A stretch of DNA of 64,000 nucleotides, from NCBI RefSeq assembly GCF_006345805.1, contig NC_043001.1, forward strand, positions 66,216,001-66,280,000. Direction: 5' to 3'. Made by a program: the position numbers and the translations under genes. Numbering within the stretch: position 1 is the stretch's first letter; the number at the start of each line of letters is the position of its first letter. Below the pieces are notes generated by a model, which had not been told where the DNA came from, did not search any database, and saw only the letters and a list, made by a program, of their open reading frames with translations. This document shows, piece after piece, positions 23,946 to 36,755 of this stretch. Origin of the DNA: Octopus sinensis (taxonomy: Eukaryota).

Positions 23946-26900
23946 AGTTTTTTTATTGGCCACACAGGGCTGCACACAGATGGGACAAGTTACAAGGTAG
24001 AGCTTTTCTTTTGGGGGATGAAAAAAAAAAAACAAAAGAAACAAAAAAAAGGTGGCGTAGGTTTTCGATCAAAAGGGATCGTAAAAGGGAAAAGAAAGAA
24101 CAAAAAATAAAAAAAACAAAAGAAAGAAAAAAAAGGAAAAGGAACAAAAGAAAAGAGAAATGAAAAAAAAAGAGGAAAAAGGGGGGAAAAAGGGAAGAGG
24201 AAAAAAAAGCGATCAATAAGGATCGTGTATCACAGTGTTATGATGCATGGTGTAAAGGGGAAAGCAAGTAAGGTTTATCCGTGGGAAGAAAAGCCTACGA
24301 AAAAGACCACGGTGACCTTGGTCAATATTGTTATATGTTACCACATTTGTTTGCAAGTGGGTAACCCTCTGTTTTCAGTTTCTGGGTTCATAGGATTATG
24401 CTCAAGGTGGCTTCGTCATTCATACGTGCCATCTTTGCTACATTCACCCATCTTTTTTTAAAACATTCGCTAGACAAAACTTGCCTCTCTACTCTCACTT
24501 TCCTTTTCAAGTGGTACTTGAAGAAGTTGATGAGAGATTGACCAGAAAGGAAAGTGTTTGTCTCCAATCCTTTCAGACGCGTCCACCAGATACATTCTTT
24601 CGCCATAGCCACAAGGATGATGAAAATAGCTCTTCCTTCCCGTTTGAAGGAAGGAGGTGTGACAATATTGAAGATAGACTCAGCTGATAAACCGATTCGT
24701 CCCACACGTGACAGCAGTCGTTCGACATAAGCCCACAGGTCGGAGATTGTTGGACACTGCACGAGTGCGTGCAGAACGGTTTCGTCGCTCTGACCGCATC
24801 TCGGGCAGGTCGGCCCCGTGTTTCTCGAGCCGTGTCTGTAGAGCTTATCCCGAACGGGTAGCGCTTCTCGGTAGCACTGCCATGGAAGTTGTCCATGGGC
24901 CCTGGCCCGAAAGTCGTCCTGAACAGGCGGGTCAGGTACTCCTCGTCGACGTCCAGGTTCGCCCCGAGCTCGTCGTCGTACCTCCCCTCCACTAATCCCC
25001 TATAGAATGCTTTGGTTGTGATGAAGTCACTCAAGATTGACCCAGAGTTGCTTGAGAGCAACGCGACACTCGCGGTGCCATTCGCCCTTCCTCGGCCTCT
25101 TTTTGATCCACGACTGCAGTTCGGTCATGGAGACGAGCTGCGGGAAAGCGTGCCTCACAAACGGCGACCACACCTGTTCACCGTCGTCTACGAAGAGCCT
25201 GAGATGTCGCAGTCTCAGCGCGTGTCTGCGCATCATCAACCACGGCATGCCCAGTCCTCCTTTTAACGGGTGTTGACAGCAAATGGATCGCCTGACCGTC
25301 GGGACGCATCCTTTCCACAAGAAGCGAAAGAGAATGCGTTCTAGTTTGGTGATGGTAGGGTCGGAACAAGGCACGACGGTCAGGCGGTAGTAGATGACGG
25401 ACGCGATGTACGTGTTCGCCACCTCCGCCCGACCTTTTAGGGACAGTTTCCTCTCGGCCCATTGCCGGGCGAGAGTGACCACCCTACTCGTTATCTCGTT
25501 CCAGTTCTTCTCCACTTGGAGGTCCGGACCGAACCAGACCCCGAGCAACTCGACCGGGTCGTCGGTCCAGTGTCCCACGACGGAGGCGCTGGTGGACGGC
25601 ATGGGCTTGCTTCTCCAGGTGCCTAGTCGCAAGCCCACTGACTTTTCCCGGTTGATTTTCGCTCCTGTCACCGCTTCGTAGTCTTTCAGTGTCTCGCCGA
25701 CCTGCTCGTTGCTATACACTATGACGGTGACGTCGTCCGCGTATGCAGACACGCTCGTCCCGCATCCCAGTTCTCGCTGGATGCCCCTCAGAGTTGCCAG
25801 CTTCCGCAATAATGGCTCGAGAGTCAATACGTATAGAAGCGACGAGAAGGGGCATCCCTGACGGACCGAACGTGCGATGTCGAAAGGTCTCGATAGATGT
25901 CCATTTACGCGAATTATCGAACGGATGCCTCTGTACAACGCGGCTATCCAGGCGCGGAAGACGGGACCGAAGCCAGCCGCTCTGAGGACTGCCCCCAAGT
26001 ATCGATGGTCCACCCTATCGAAAGCTTTCGATTGATCCAAATTGATCAGCGCCCCACCCATGCCAGGTTTGTTAACTACCTTGTCTATGATGTAGCGCAT
26101 CAGGTAGAGGTTGTCATGGATGGTCCGGCCCGGCAGGGCGCATGTTTGCGCCTTTTCGACCAGCTTCTCGATGACAAGCGCCAACCTCTTGGCTAGCACC
26201 TTGGCCAAAATTTTCAAGTCTGCATTAAGCAGAGTGATGGGCCTAAAGTTATCTATTACATTTCCCTTGTTTAGATCTTTCCTCAGCAGTGTTACGACTC
26301 CTCGGCTCACAAAACCAGGAATGCTCCGTTTTGCTGCCAGTCGCAGTACACCGCTGCCAAGACATCTCCAAACAAGTCGGGCATACAATTGTAAAGCTCG
26401 TAGTGTAGACCATCCAAACCCGGTGATTTGTCCCGCGAGCTTTCTGCCATCGCGTCCTGCACTTCCGCCGCCGTGATGGCACCTTCGCAGCACCCTGTCT
26501 CTCTTGTCGAGAGTCGTGGTAGGCTGTGTAGGTAGGCACTGAAGTCCACCCTACGTTCTTGCCCGCCACTCGTCCGGAACAGTCGGGCAAAATGCTGTTG
26601 AAAGGCCTTACATATTTTACTTGGCTCGAGCAATTCGCGCCCCTGTTCATCTACCAGAGACCGAATGGTGGCTTTGTTGCCCTGTTGCGCCTTTGCCACC
26701 CGGGCCTCTCTCGCGGCTCCAACACCTTTTTTTCTTAGAGCACGCATCCTAGCTCTGACAGCACACCCTTCGTGTTTGGCGTTGAAGTGTTGGTCGAGGG
26801 CCAACCTCGCCGCCAAAACGTCGGATGCGATGCCGCTTCTAATTGCCTCTTCTAGCTTCTTAACTAGCTCACCCTCTACTCTATTTCTATCTATGGCTAG

Positions 26901-27398
26901 TGCTTTGCTGTACCTAATCGCTTCTGCTTTTACTGCTCTCTTGAGGGCAAACCACCATTTGTTGTTGATGATGGCTCCCGTCAAAGCCCTCTTTACTAGT
27001 GTGCTAATCCGGTCTCTGAAAACCTGTCTCGATGGGAAAGATGCGTTTAGTTTCCAGTATCCGGAACCCTGCCTAAGTGTCTTACTTAAGTCTAGCGTAC
27101 ATGTCACACGTTTGTGATCCGTGTAGCTGACTATGTGGAATTGTGGACATCCTATGCTATCTCTATCTACTGTCCTACACAGTATCCTATCTAGATACGA
27201 TCTCGACGACCCGATGCGGTTGCTCCATGTCCACGTTGGCGCATTCGGGTGGTCTAGTCGGAACCTGTCAGACAGTTGAAAGCGTCTGAGCAGGTCTCTG
27301 AGGCATTTGCATCCCCGTCTATTCCTATCTCTACCCACGTAGTCTACATGCGTGTCCAAGATAGCATTCCAATCCCCCACTAAGAGTAAAGGACGAGA
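23946..27398 (-). mobile_element. Young 5'-truncated Tx1/L1-clade LINE (ORF2: APE C-part, RT, C-terminal region; 3' UTR ending AATAAAAAAA)
   Basis: LLVGDWNAILD and SYLDRI (APE); FRPITLLNADLKILAK, NLDQSKAFDRVDH, VRQGCPFSSLLY and AYADD (RT). Four overlapping ORFs imply about 3 frameshifts. GC-rich relative to the host. Confidence 0.95.
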
Positions 27399-27399
27399 C

Positions 27400-27446
<47 letters not shown>

Positions 27447-27477
27447 CAGACATACATACATACATACATACATATGC

Positions 27478-27570
<93 letters not shown>

Positions 27571-27580
27571 CGTGCATGTG
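27399..27580. repeat. Compound (GATA)n/(CATA)n/(TG)n microsatellite
   Basis: Read directly. Confidence 0.95.
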
Positions 27581-28702
27581 TGTGTGAATATATGGCTAAA
27601 TGGTTAAGAAGTTCACTTCGCAATTATTACCAGTTATTGTACTTTTATATATTTTTGTGCTTCTGTGGTTCTGCAATTTTCTGAAATTCCATTTCACAAG
27701 GTTTAGAATTAACTTTCTCACACAATATGTGTTTAGTTATTTCTAAGTTTGATATATCCGTTATTTTGGAAATTTAAGAATTTTCCCCTTATTTAACCCT
27801 TAAGGTCCACTTACTCAATTCTACTTGGGGAAATTTTATTCTAGTAAAGAATTGTTCTGTTATTCTTGATATGAATTCTCTGTAGTTTTCCTGCCAGACC
27901 CTCAAGGTAAAATCACAATCAGTTTTGAATTTATCTCGGCTTCAGAAAAGATAATTATTTGAAGATAAGATATTTCTTTCTTGAGACTATATTGTTGTGG
28001 TGATACGTTTCTTCTTTATATGCTCAGTCACCAGTGAATACCATTTTTTCACCACTGCCACCGTGTTGTCGGCATTTCGCAAGTCTTGAGTTTGTACGAA
28101 AGATAAAACAAGATTTTAGAAAGATCTCCCGACGTTTTAACGCTTGATCTCTACAAGTGTATCAATAAACACCAGTTGCTTATTACATTCTTTTTCCGAA
28201 CTAAATTCAGTAGAAGTGTATACTAGGTTTATTTAACCTTGGAAATCTTGGAAATCTTGGGAATCTTTTTAGTGCTATCAGAAAATGCCTATTAAATTAT
28301 GAATTTCAGCTGGACTGCGAGTTTCGGTACTGCACTCTTCAGAGATATGTTTCTGTAGTGTCCCATATTGTTTGTTCAATTTCTTAGTCTGGGATAGATT
28401 GAAGCCTTGTACTTTGTTCAATCATCGAGCAGTATCGGAGGACAAAGCTGACTGATTTATAACAGATCACGAGAGTACGTTGTATCTATGAAGAAGTATA
28501 CATTTGAAGTAAGTGCAGTAACTGAGATCTGGCGAAAGGATTTCTTCCTTGGGCAGTCAGGAATTACTATGGATGTGGACGTTAAGTTTCAATCATTAAG
28601 AGGCTCTATGGTTTTGAAAGATTGGTAGGAGTAGATCCCTGGAATATGTATGAAGGTCCATGATAGAAATGTTTATATTTGGGTGCTGGTTTATATAAAA
28701 TC

Positions 28703-28868
28703 CATACTTCTATAAAGGGTCTATATAAACCACGTACTTCTATAAAGGGTCTATATAAACCACGTACTTCTATATAGGGTCTATATAAACCACATACTTC
28801 TATATAGGGTTTGCATATAGAATCTTTATAAACCATGAACTTTTATATCAGGTCTATATAAACCACGC
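28703..28868. repeat. 30-bp minisatellite, ~5.5 copies
   Basis: Unit C(A/G)TACTTCTATA(A/T)AGGGTCTATATAAACCA. Confidence 0.85.
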
Positions 28869-29582
28869 ACCTTCATTTAGGATCTATATTACGAAAGATG
28901 ATATTTTTGCAACAATGCTGGACTCGCCAACATTCCTTAAAGATATCAATATATGAAGCTCTGAAAACGTCTGTTGTACTGTAATCATCCTGTTCCCTCT
29001 ATAACTGAATATTATGGTTGAGTGGCATGAAACGGGGTAGATGGCTGGTGTTGAAATTTTGTTTTCATAATTTTTTTTCTTTATCCCCGTATTGTGGTTG
29101 CTTACTTGGTTAGCAAGAACACTTTGAAGAAGGGTGGGTATATTACCCGAAGACGAAAACCTTCAGTAGTAACCCAAAAACATAACCGGTTACGGAACAT
29201 TACTTATCGAAATGCAATATTCCATTGATTGTTTGTCTTCTTATATTTTCGTAATCTTTTTTCCTGAAAGGTTCTCTCTTATTTCTTATTATCAACTGAT
29301 TTTATTTTGTACAACATTCAAGTTTGAACATTCATCTCCACCCCACCCCTAAACACCATCTCCACACTGCACCATATCAAGTTACACCCTCTGGAGTTGT
29401 TTAGATTTTAGAGCCTTAGAGTATTTCTTTTTGTTTTTATTTGGTTTTCTTTTTCTTTCTTGAACCAAGAAAATATTTCCTTTATTGCAAAGATTCTTGT
29501 AATTTTTGTTAGCATTTATTATTTTAACACAGATTTCACAAAATGCTTGTTGAAAAATAAAATTCTGTTTCTATTCAAATAG

Positions 29583-29851
29583 ATCATTTGGTAAAATATC
29601 TCCAAAGAAGCAGAGTGGATAAGTTGAAAGTCTGGCGTGTTAAGCGTCGGGTTCAAAATAAATTGTTTGTTAATGGTGGCAGTGATGATGATCGTCTGCT
29701 ATTAGTGAAACCCACATTAATGAAGCCTTTCAAGTTTCATTCAGAGGCAAATATTGACTTTCACATAAGATCAACCAATTTCACTCAAGATGAAGTGCCA
29801 GTGGATATCAGTATTGACAACACTCATTCGAAAACATCGGGCCAAAGATAA
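29583..29851 (+). CDS. Candidate terminal coding exon of the secreted proprotein gene
   Basis: Acceptor TTCTGTTTCTATTCAAATAG|AT. Phase 1 joins exon 10047-11010 as G+AT = Asp. Open to a stop at 29849-29851; contains the RVKRR multibasic site; AATAAA at ~29891 and ~29965. The linkage is inferred from phase only. Confidence 0.55.
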
Positions 29852-30089
29852 CATTAATCAGAAACTTATGGTCGGCATCGTATTATCTTTAATAAAACGA
29901 GAAATGTTAAGGCATATTTTCTTAAACAGATATGTGATTTTGCTGACTCGCTTGAAAATTTTGAATAAAATTTGTAATGTAAATACATTTAATTTATCAT
30001 TTTGTACAGAAAAACATTTGACAAAATAACACTCTTCATTTATATTAGCACATTAGTACCATACCTAAACATAGTTGCTGAGTCTCAGT

Positions 30090-30168
<79 letters not shown>

Positions 30169-30258
30169 CATACATACATACATACATACATACATACATA
30201 CATACATACATACACACATACATTCATACATACATACACACACACATACACATACACG

Positions 30259-30306
<48 letters not shown>
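30090..30306. repeat. Compound (TAGA)n/(TACA)n/(TA)n microsatellite
   Basis: Read directly. Confidence 0.95.
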
Positions 30307-30308
<2 letters not shown>

Positions 30309-30347
30309 CGAAAGAAGGTTTGAAAATGCAATTTAAAAGATGTTTAT

Positions 30348-30392
30348 TTACTTAACCGGTTTCACTCTTTGGAAAAAGGTTGTCTAAAGTAA
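30348..30392 (-). ncRNA. Hammerhead-like motif in the inverted PLE end (core TAGACAA, probably damaged)
   Basis: Mirror of 35196-35240 with one extra core substitution. Confidence 0.35.
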
Positions 30393-30756
30393 CATAGAAT
30401 ATTATGAATTCAAAAAAGTTTTTACATAATTGCCACATAATATGTATATATACAGTCTTTGGTAACAGGGACATGTTAAGGACATAAAGAAGTACAACAG
30501 TGTGATGAGAATATTTGAAAAATTCACTTCTAAACCATGAATGTGTTTTGCAACCCACTCTAAGGAACCAACATTACACCCAGGACAAACAACCCAGACC
30601 CTGGAATAACCAAAACTCTTCCAGGAGGCCACACCAACAACCCAGACCCTGGAACAACCAAAACCTCTTCAACAGACAACATATCAACGGGGGACAGAAT
30701 CACATACAGCAAAATACCGCAGATAGAAGAACCCCCAGGATTCCTTTTTTAGGCAA

Positions 30757-33057
30757 GTGCATCAGTTTCTACGACACCAGATGATAGATACCAACCCCGA
30801 AAAACCAAAAATAGTGAATCTCTCAAACCTAAACCTGTCGACACCACAAATAAAAATCCTTTCAAGTGGACTAAAATTCACCCCAACTCCGCAATACCCT
30901 AACCTGAGGGAAATACAGGATGACATCTCACACTTTTGCAGAAAATTACGCCTCACAGAGGAATTTTTTGACAGGAAAACTAATAATAACGACGAATCAA
31001 TGGTCCGTAACAAAAGCAGCTATAATCCCATAAAAGGCAAAAACAAAACCTTAGACAAATTTTGCGATTACATCTCAAACTTCCCTTATGGTGAACTCCC
31101 ACAACCTAAACCCAAACCCAACACCAGTAAAAGAGAATGAAAAATCATCCATACGCTACGAGACAATCATGACGTCACAATAAAGGAAGCTGATAAGGGT
31201 AGTACGGTCGTTATTATGAATACTGAGCAGTATAAAAACTCTGTATCTCTCCTTTTAGAGGATACCACATACTATGAAAGAGTAGTCGACTACCAGCAAT
31301 CCAAAACAATGACCAAACTGAAGGCACTCATTTACCAACACCGGAATGACTTAACAGCCAAGGAATGCGACTACATTACAATCTTTAATTGCAAAACCAG
31401 CACACTCTATGGGCCTCCAAAAATACACAAGATTCAAATTATCACAGAAGCTTGCAAAAAGTCCACTTCAACCTGCATCACTATACCACATCCCACTGAT
31501 CTCAAACTGAGACCAATAGTGGCAGGCCCAAGTTGTGAAACACACAGACTTAGCAACTTTATAGATATCATCCTAAAACCAATACTGAAAGACATTCCAA
31601 GTATTGTAAGAGATGACCTGGACCTATTAAATCATCTCCCCAAACATACCGATAAAGACACTTTAATCGTTTCCTTTGATGTAATTAATCTTTACACCAC
31701 AATCCCACATGAATATAGACTGGAAGCCATTAAATTCTGGCTGGATAAATATCCCAATGAGATCCCGGAAAGAATTAAAAAAGAATTCATCATTGAGGGC
31801 CTCAAATTTATTCTGCAAAACAACTTCATGTATTTCAATAACAACACTTACAGACAGGTTTCAGGAACTGCAATGGGTACGAAAGTTTCACCTACCTATG
31901 CAAACCTGGTGATGGCTTACCTGGAATCACATATCTATGAAAAATCCAAATATAAGTACGGCCAGTCTTTCCACAAATACCTGTTGGAGAACTGGAAACG
32001 CTACTTAGATGAGTGCCTCATCCTATGGTCCCACACACTCGACCAACTTATAGACTTCAAAAACCTTATCAACAGTGTAAATAACAACATTCAATTCACA
32101 ATGGAATATAGTCAGGACCAACTCCCTTTTCTTGACATTCTAATCATTAAAAAATGCGTCAACATTGAAACTGACATCCATTACAAACCCACTGAAACTA
32201 AACAATACCTTCTATTCACCTCCAGTCACCCAAAACACACAAAGACAAATATCCCCTTCAACCTAGCGAGAAGAATCTGCACTATTGTCTCAAATGACAC
32301 AACACGAAATAGAAGACTCCGAGAACTAAGGGCAATTCTTCTCGAAAGACATTACTCGGCATCACTAGTAGACAACGGAATAGAACGGGCCAAATCAATC
32401 AACACTCAAGACCTACGAAAACCCAAACACATCCACAGTACAGTAAATAGCCTCCCCTATCTCTCAACACACAACCCAAGGAATGCAGACGCTTACACTA
32501 TTATATACAACAACATTCCACAACTAAATCAAGACCCACGCCTGAAAAAATTACTGGCAGCTCATAAAATAATAAAAAGTAAGAGACAACCTAAATCCCT
32601 AAAAAACCTCCTCACCAACGCAAAATTACACAACACAAACCCACCGCCCACCATCAAAAAATGTGGTCACCCCAACTGCAGTACTTGCATCCACCTCATT
32701 GAGGGATCGACGTACAAGTTCCGCTCGGGACACACATTCATCATAAAAAATAATTTCACGTGCGCATCAAAAAATTTAATCTACGTCATAAGGTGTGAAG
32801 GATGCCACGAAGACTACGTAGGGCAAACGAGCCTTACCCTCAGAGAAAGAATAACAGTTCACCGACAACAACTGAGGGACCCCTCCACAAGACAGATACC
32901 ACTAAGTGGACACTTAGACCTATGTGCACACACTAAGTCCCCCAAATTCTTAGTCTTCCCACTATACCAATGCTCGGACAACACCACAGACCAAACACGA
33001 ATAAATAGGGAAAGTAATCTTATTCAAAAATACAGACCACAACTAAACATACTCTAA
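30757..33057 (+). pseudogene. PLE polyprotein (RT, Cys-rich linker, GIY-YIG) with one in-frame TGA at 31138-31140
   Basis: The frame continues through the stop (KRE*KIIHTLRDNHDVTIKEADKGSTVVIMN). LRPIV, VSFDVINLYT and GTAMGT motifs; RYLDE in place of YLDD; CGHPNCSTC; NLIYVIRCEGCHEDYVGQT. Confidence 0.92.
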
Positions 33058-33059
33058 CA

Positions 33060-34735
33060 TACCCCCTAGGCACACATCCAGAGCAAGCACACAGGGACAC
33101 GCGCACACTCGCAGCATATCATGCAGGCGGACACATGCACGCATCGGCACACATAGGGCACACTAGCGGGCATTGACCACACACATACGCGGCACGCACA
33201 CGCATGCATTATATATATGTAGGTTATGTATGTGTGTGAGTGTTGTATGGGTTGTGTGTGTGTGTGTGCGTGTGTGTGTGTGCGTGTGTGTGTGTGTGTG
33301 TGTGCGTTGTGTGTGTATGTGCGTGTGTGTGTGTGCATTGTGTGTGTGTATGTATTTATATGTGTATATGTTTTATATATATGTATATATGTGTGTGTTG
33401 TGTGTGTGTATGCATGGTATATGTGTATATGTGAATACATTTTTTGTATGTGTGTGTGGTATGTAGATATATATGTGTGTGTACGCTATATGTATGTATT
33501 TTGTGTGTGTGTGTGTGTGTGCATTATATATATATGTATGTGTATATGTGTAAATATATATATATATATATGTGTGTGTGTGTATATATATGTGCATTAT
33601 TTGCATGTGCATTGTGTATATGTATATTGTATGTATGTGTATTGTATATGTATGTGTACATTATGTGTATATGTGTGTGTATGTGTGCATTGTATATATG
33701 TATATTGTAGGTGTGTTATATATGCATGAATACATGTATATACATTGCATGTATATATATGTATGCATTGTGTATGTGTATGTTATGTGTATATATATGT
33801 TATATGTATGCGTATGTGTATATGTATACATTGTATGTATGTATACTGTGTGTATATGTGGTATATTTATGTATGTGTATGTAAACACTATATATATGTA
33901 TATATGTATATGTGTATATGCATTGTCTATATATATATATTATATGTATGTATTGTGTATGTATGTTATATGTATATATTGTGTATGTGTATTGTATGTA
34001 TATATGTGCCAGGTGTATTTGTGTTGTATTTATATTATGTATGTATGTGTGCGTGTGTTGTGTGTGAGTGAGTGTGTGTTGTGTGTGTGTGTTATATGTG
34101 TGTATATTATATATAAATATGTTATATTTGTGTGTTGTGTGTGTATATTATATGTGTGTGCGTTGTGTGTGTGTGTGTTCTGTATGTGTGTGTTTTGTGT
34201 GTGTGTGTTGTGTGTTTGTATATTATGTGTGTGTGTGGGGGGGTCAGATATATGTGTGTGTGTGTGTGTGTGTGTGGTGTGTATGATGTGTGTGTGTGTA
34301 TGTATGTATGTGTAGTGTGTGTGTATGGCGCGCACACACGGGCGGGCACGCATATATACACACACCATCCTACCCCAAAAAATTCTTTAAACAACACACA
34401 TCTATTTTCGCCACCCTGGAACCATTCAAAAACAGCCCCCACACACACGCAGACGCTTGTATACGTGTGTGTGCACGCACACAGGGGCACGCACACTCAC
34501 ACCAGTCTCACCTCCATACAGGCACATATATACACACGCAGCACCATGTCAAATGCCATCCACACTCATGCGTGCGTACACGCGCACGCGCGCACACACG
34601 CACACACAACACCATGACAACCACACACACTTGACAAACAGACGCCATCTGACCAAATACTACAGACACACAGACACATCTATTCACACACACGCAGAGA
34701 GACACATATATTCACCTCCTCCTAACCCCAAAATC
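33060..34735. repeat. 1.7-kb degenerate CA/TG/TA low-complexity tract inside the PLE 3' region
   Basis: CA-rich 33060-33200, TG-rich 33215-34325, CA-rich 34330-34720. Confidence 0.9.
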
Positions 34736-35195
34736 ATTGACGCTTGAAGGAAAGCCAAAAACAGAAAAAAACGGGTACATCTTTCTCAATTCAACATTTC
34801 TGCTAAAACGGACAGGTCAGTAAACAAACTCGCCTTGAATTCATAATATTCTGTACTGACCCTGAGATGTATAATATATTCATTTTAATCTTTTCTGTCC
34901 ATTTTTTCAAATATTCTCATCATACTGTTGTACTTTCTTATGTCATTAGCATGTCCTTGTTACCAAAGACTGTTTATATACATGTAATGTGGCAATTTGC
35001 AACAACCAATAATTAACGCAACCAAACTTCCAATAATATATTTGTTTTATTCTTTTCTGCCCATTTTTTCAAATATTCTCATCACACTATTGTACTTCTT
35101 TATGTCCTTAACATGTCCCTGTTACCAAAGACTGTATATATACATGTTATGTGGCAATTATGTAAAAAACTTTTTTGAATTCATAATATTCTATG

Positions 35196-35240
35196 TTACT
35201 TTTGACAACCTTTTTCCAAAGAGTGAAACCGGTTAAGTAA
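35196..35240 (+). ncRNA. Minimal hammerhead, U3-A8 variant, in the PLE 3' pseudo-LTR
   Basis: TTACTT-TTGACAA-[CCTTTTTCCAAAGAGT]-GAAA-CCGG-TT-AAGTAA: 6-bp stem I and palindromic ACCGGT; stem II imperfect. Confidence 0.5.
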
Positions 35241-35454
35241 ATAAACATCTTTTAAATTGCATTTTCAAACCTTCTTTCGTATATATAATTCCACTCGTGC
35301 GATACCCCACAACTCAACTTTGTTATATATATATATGTATAAAATATCGTGTACATTAAAACATATGAGGCTTTCCTATGATGGAAGCCTCTTAATGTGT
35401 TTTAATTTCTATAGTTCTTATTACCCTAATATTATATTCTTTTTTATTCCTTTT

Positions 35455-35651
35455 CATTTATTTGTTTCGGTCATTTTGACTGCGGCCATGCTGGAGCACC
35501 GCCTTTAGTCGAGTAAATCGACCCTGGGACTTATTCTTTGTAAGCCTAGTACTTATTCTATCGGTCTGTTTTGCCAAACCGCTAGGTGACGGGGACGTAA
35601 ACACACCAGCATCGGTTGTCAAGCAATGCAAGGGGTACAAACACAGACACA

Positions 35652-35721
<70 letters not shown>

Positions 35722-35852
35722 CACATATACGACAGGCTTCTTTCAGTTTCCGTCTACCAAATCCACTCACAAGGCATTGGTCGGCCCGGGGCTATAGCAG
35801 AAGACACTTGACCAAGATGCCACGCAGTGGGACTGAACCCGGAACCATGCGC
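35455..35852 (-). mobile_element. tRNA-derived SINE, family A, near full length
   Basis: Reverse head GGTTCCGGGTTCAGTCCCACTGCGTGGC (B-box-like); internal CA/TA tract. Confidence 0.85.
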
Positions 35853-35853
35853 C

Positions 35854-35932
<79 letters not shown>

Positions 35933-35947
35933 TATATATTAGCGAAA

Positions 35948-35985
35948 CTGTCCGACGAACGGGAACGTGAAACTCTGAGTAACAG
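35948..35985 (+). ncRNA. Minimal type I hammerhead (U4C core variant)
   Basis: CTGT-CCGACGA-ACG(GGAA)CGT-GAAA-CTCTGAG-TA-ACAG; GUA site. Lies in an ~80-bp island between (TA)n tracts. Confidence 0.6.
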
Positions 35986-36017
35986 CTTTTGTTATATTTC
36001 TGCTGCTTTTAAATAAA

Positions 36018-36059
<42 letters not shown>

Positions 36060-36189
36060 TACCTTAAAAACCGCACTCCGTGCAGACCTTTTCAGTTCGC
36101 TCTTGCGGAGGGCTAATTAGGCCTGCGGCCAAAACAGAAGAAAAAAGGAGAGATAAATAGCATAACTCAGAGGTTAAAGACGGATGAGG

Positions 36190-36710
36190 ATTTTGTTGAA
36201 CCTTCGTACCTCTGCATTTATGCTTGTAACCCTTCTGCTCATGTAGTAGGACTCCATTTTTTCCAGATGTCCATACATTGACTCTGCGACTATTCCAGTC
36301 AATACTTTCTACATAAGTGGCAAGCAGCATGTCAGCCTGTAATCGTCCACTGTATTGCCTTTTTCGATGTTTTTCAAGCACAGCACTGTCCTACCCATTG
36401 TCAACCACTCTGGTGTTACTTGGTCGGCATTTAACAAGGTGTTGAGCTGTGCAGCTATTTGCACATGACATTCACCAAATCTTTTGATCTAGTAGCCTTG
36501 AACCCCATCTGGTCCCAGGCCTTCTCGTTGCCCATTTTTTGGGCTGATTTCTTTCACTTCCCTAACTGAAACGATTAGTTCTGCTTGTTTTGGACAGACT
36601 ACTGTTTGTTTCAGTTCTTGCAACCATTCAGCATCCTTCTTGTGCTCCTTGTCTTTGCTCCAGATGTCACTCCAAAACCTTTGACATTCAATGTTATTCG
36701 GTATGAACCT
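36190..36710 (-). mobile_element. Decayed Dong/R4-like LINE RT N-terminal fragment
   Basis: FWSDIWSKDKEHKKDAEWLQEL and GPDGVQGY; LLHEQKG. Homologous to 16005-17426. Confidence 0.7.
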
Positions 36711-36724
36711 TATTATTATTATTA

Positions 36725-36755
<31 letters not shown>

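Larger units (their letters stand above)
30307..35282 (+). mobile_element. Near-full-length Neptune-type Penelope-like element with ~215-bp inverted ends
   Basis: 30307-30522 is the reverse complement of ~35065-35282. Internal RT + GIY-YIG ORF. Partial tandem pLTR duplication at ~34885-35000. Confidence 0.92.
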
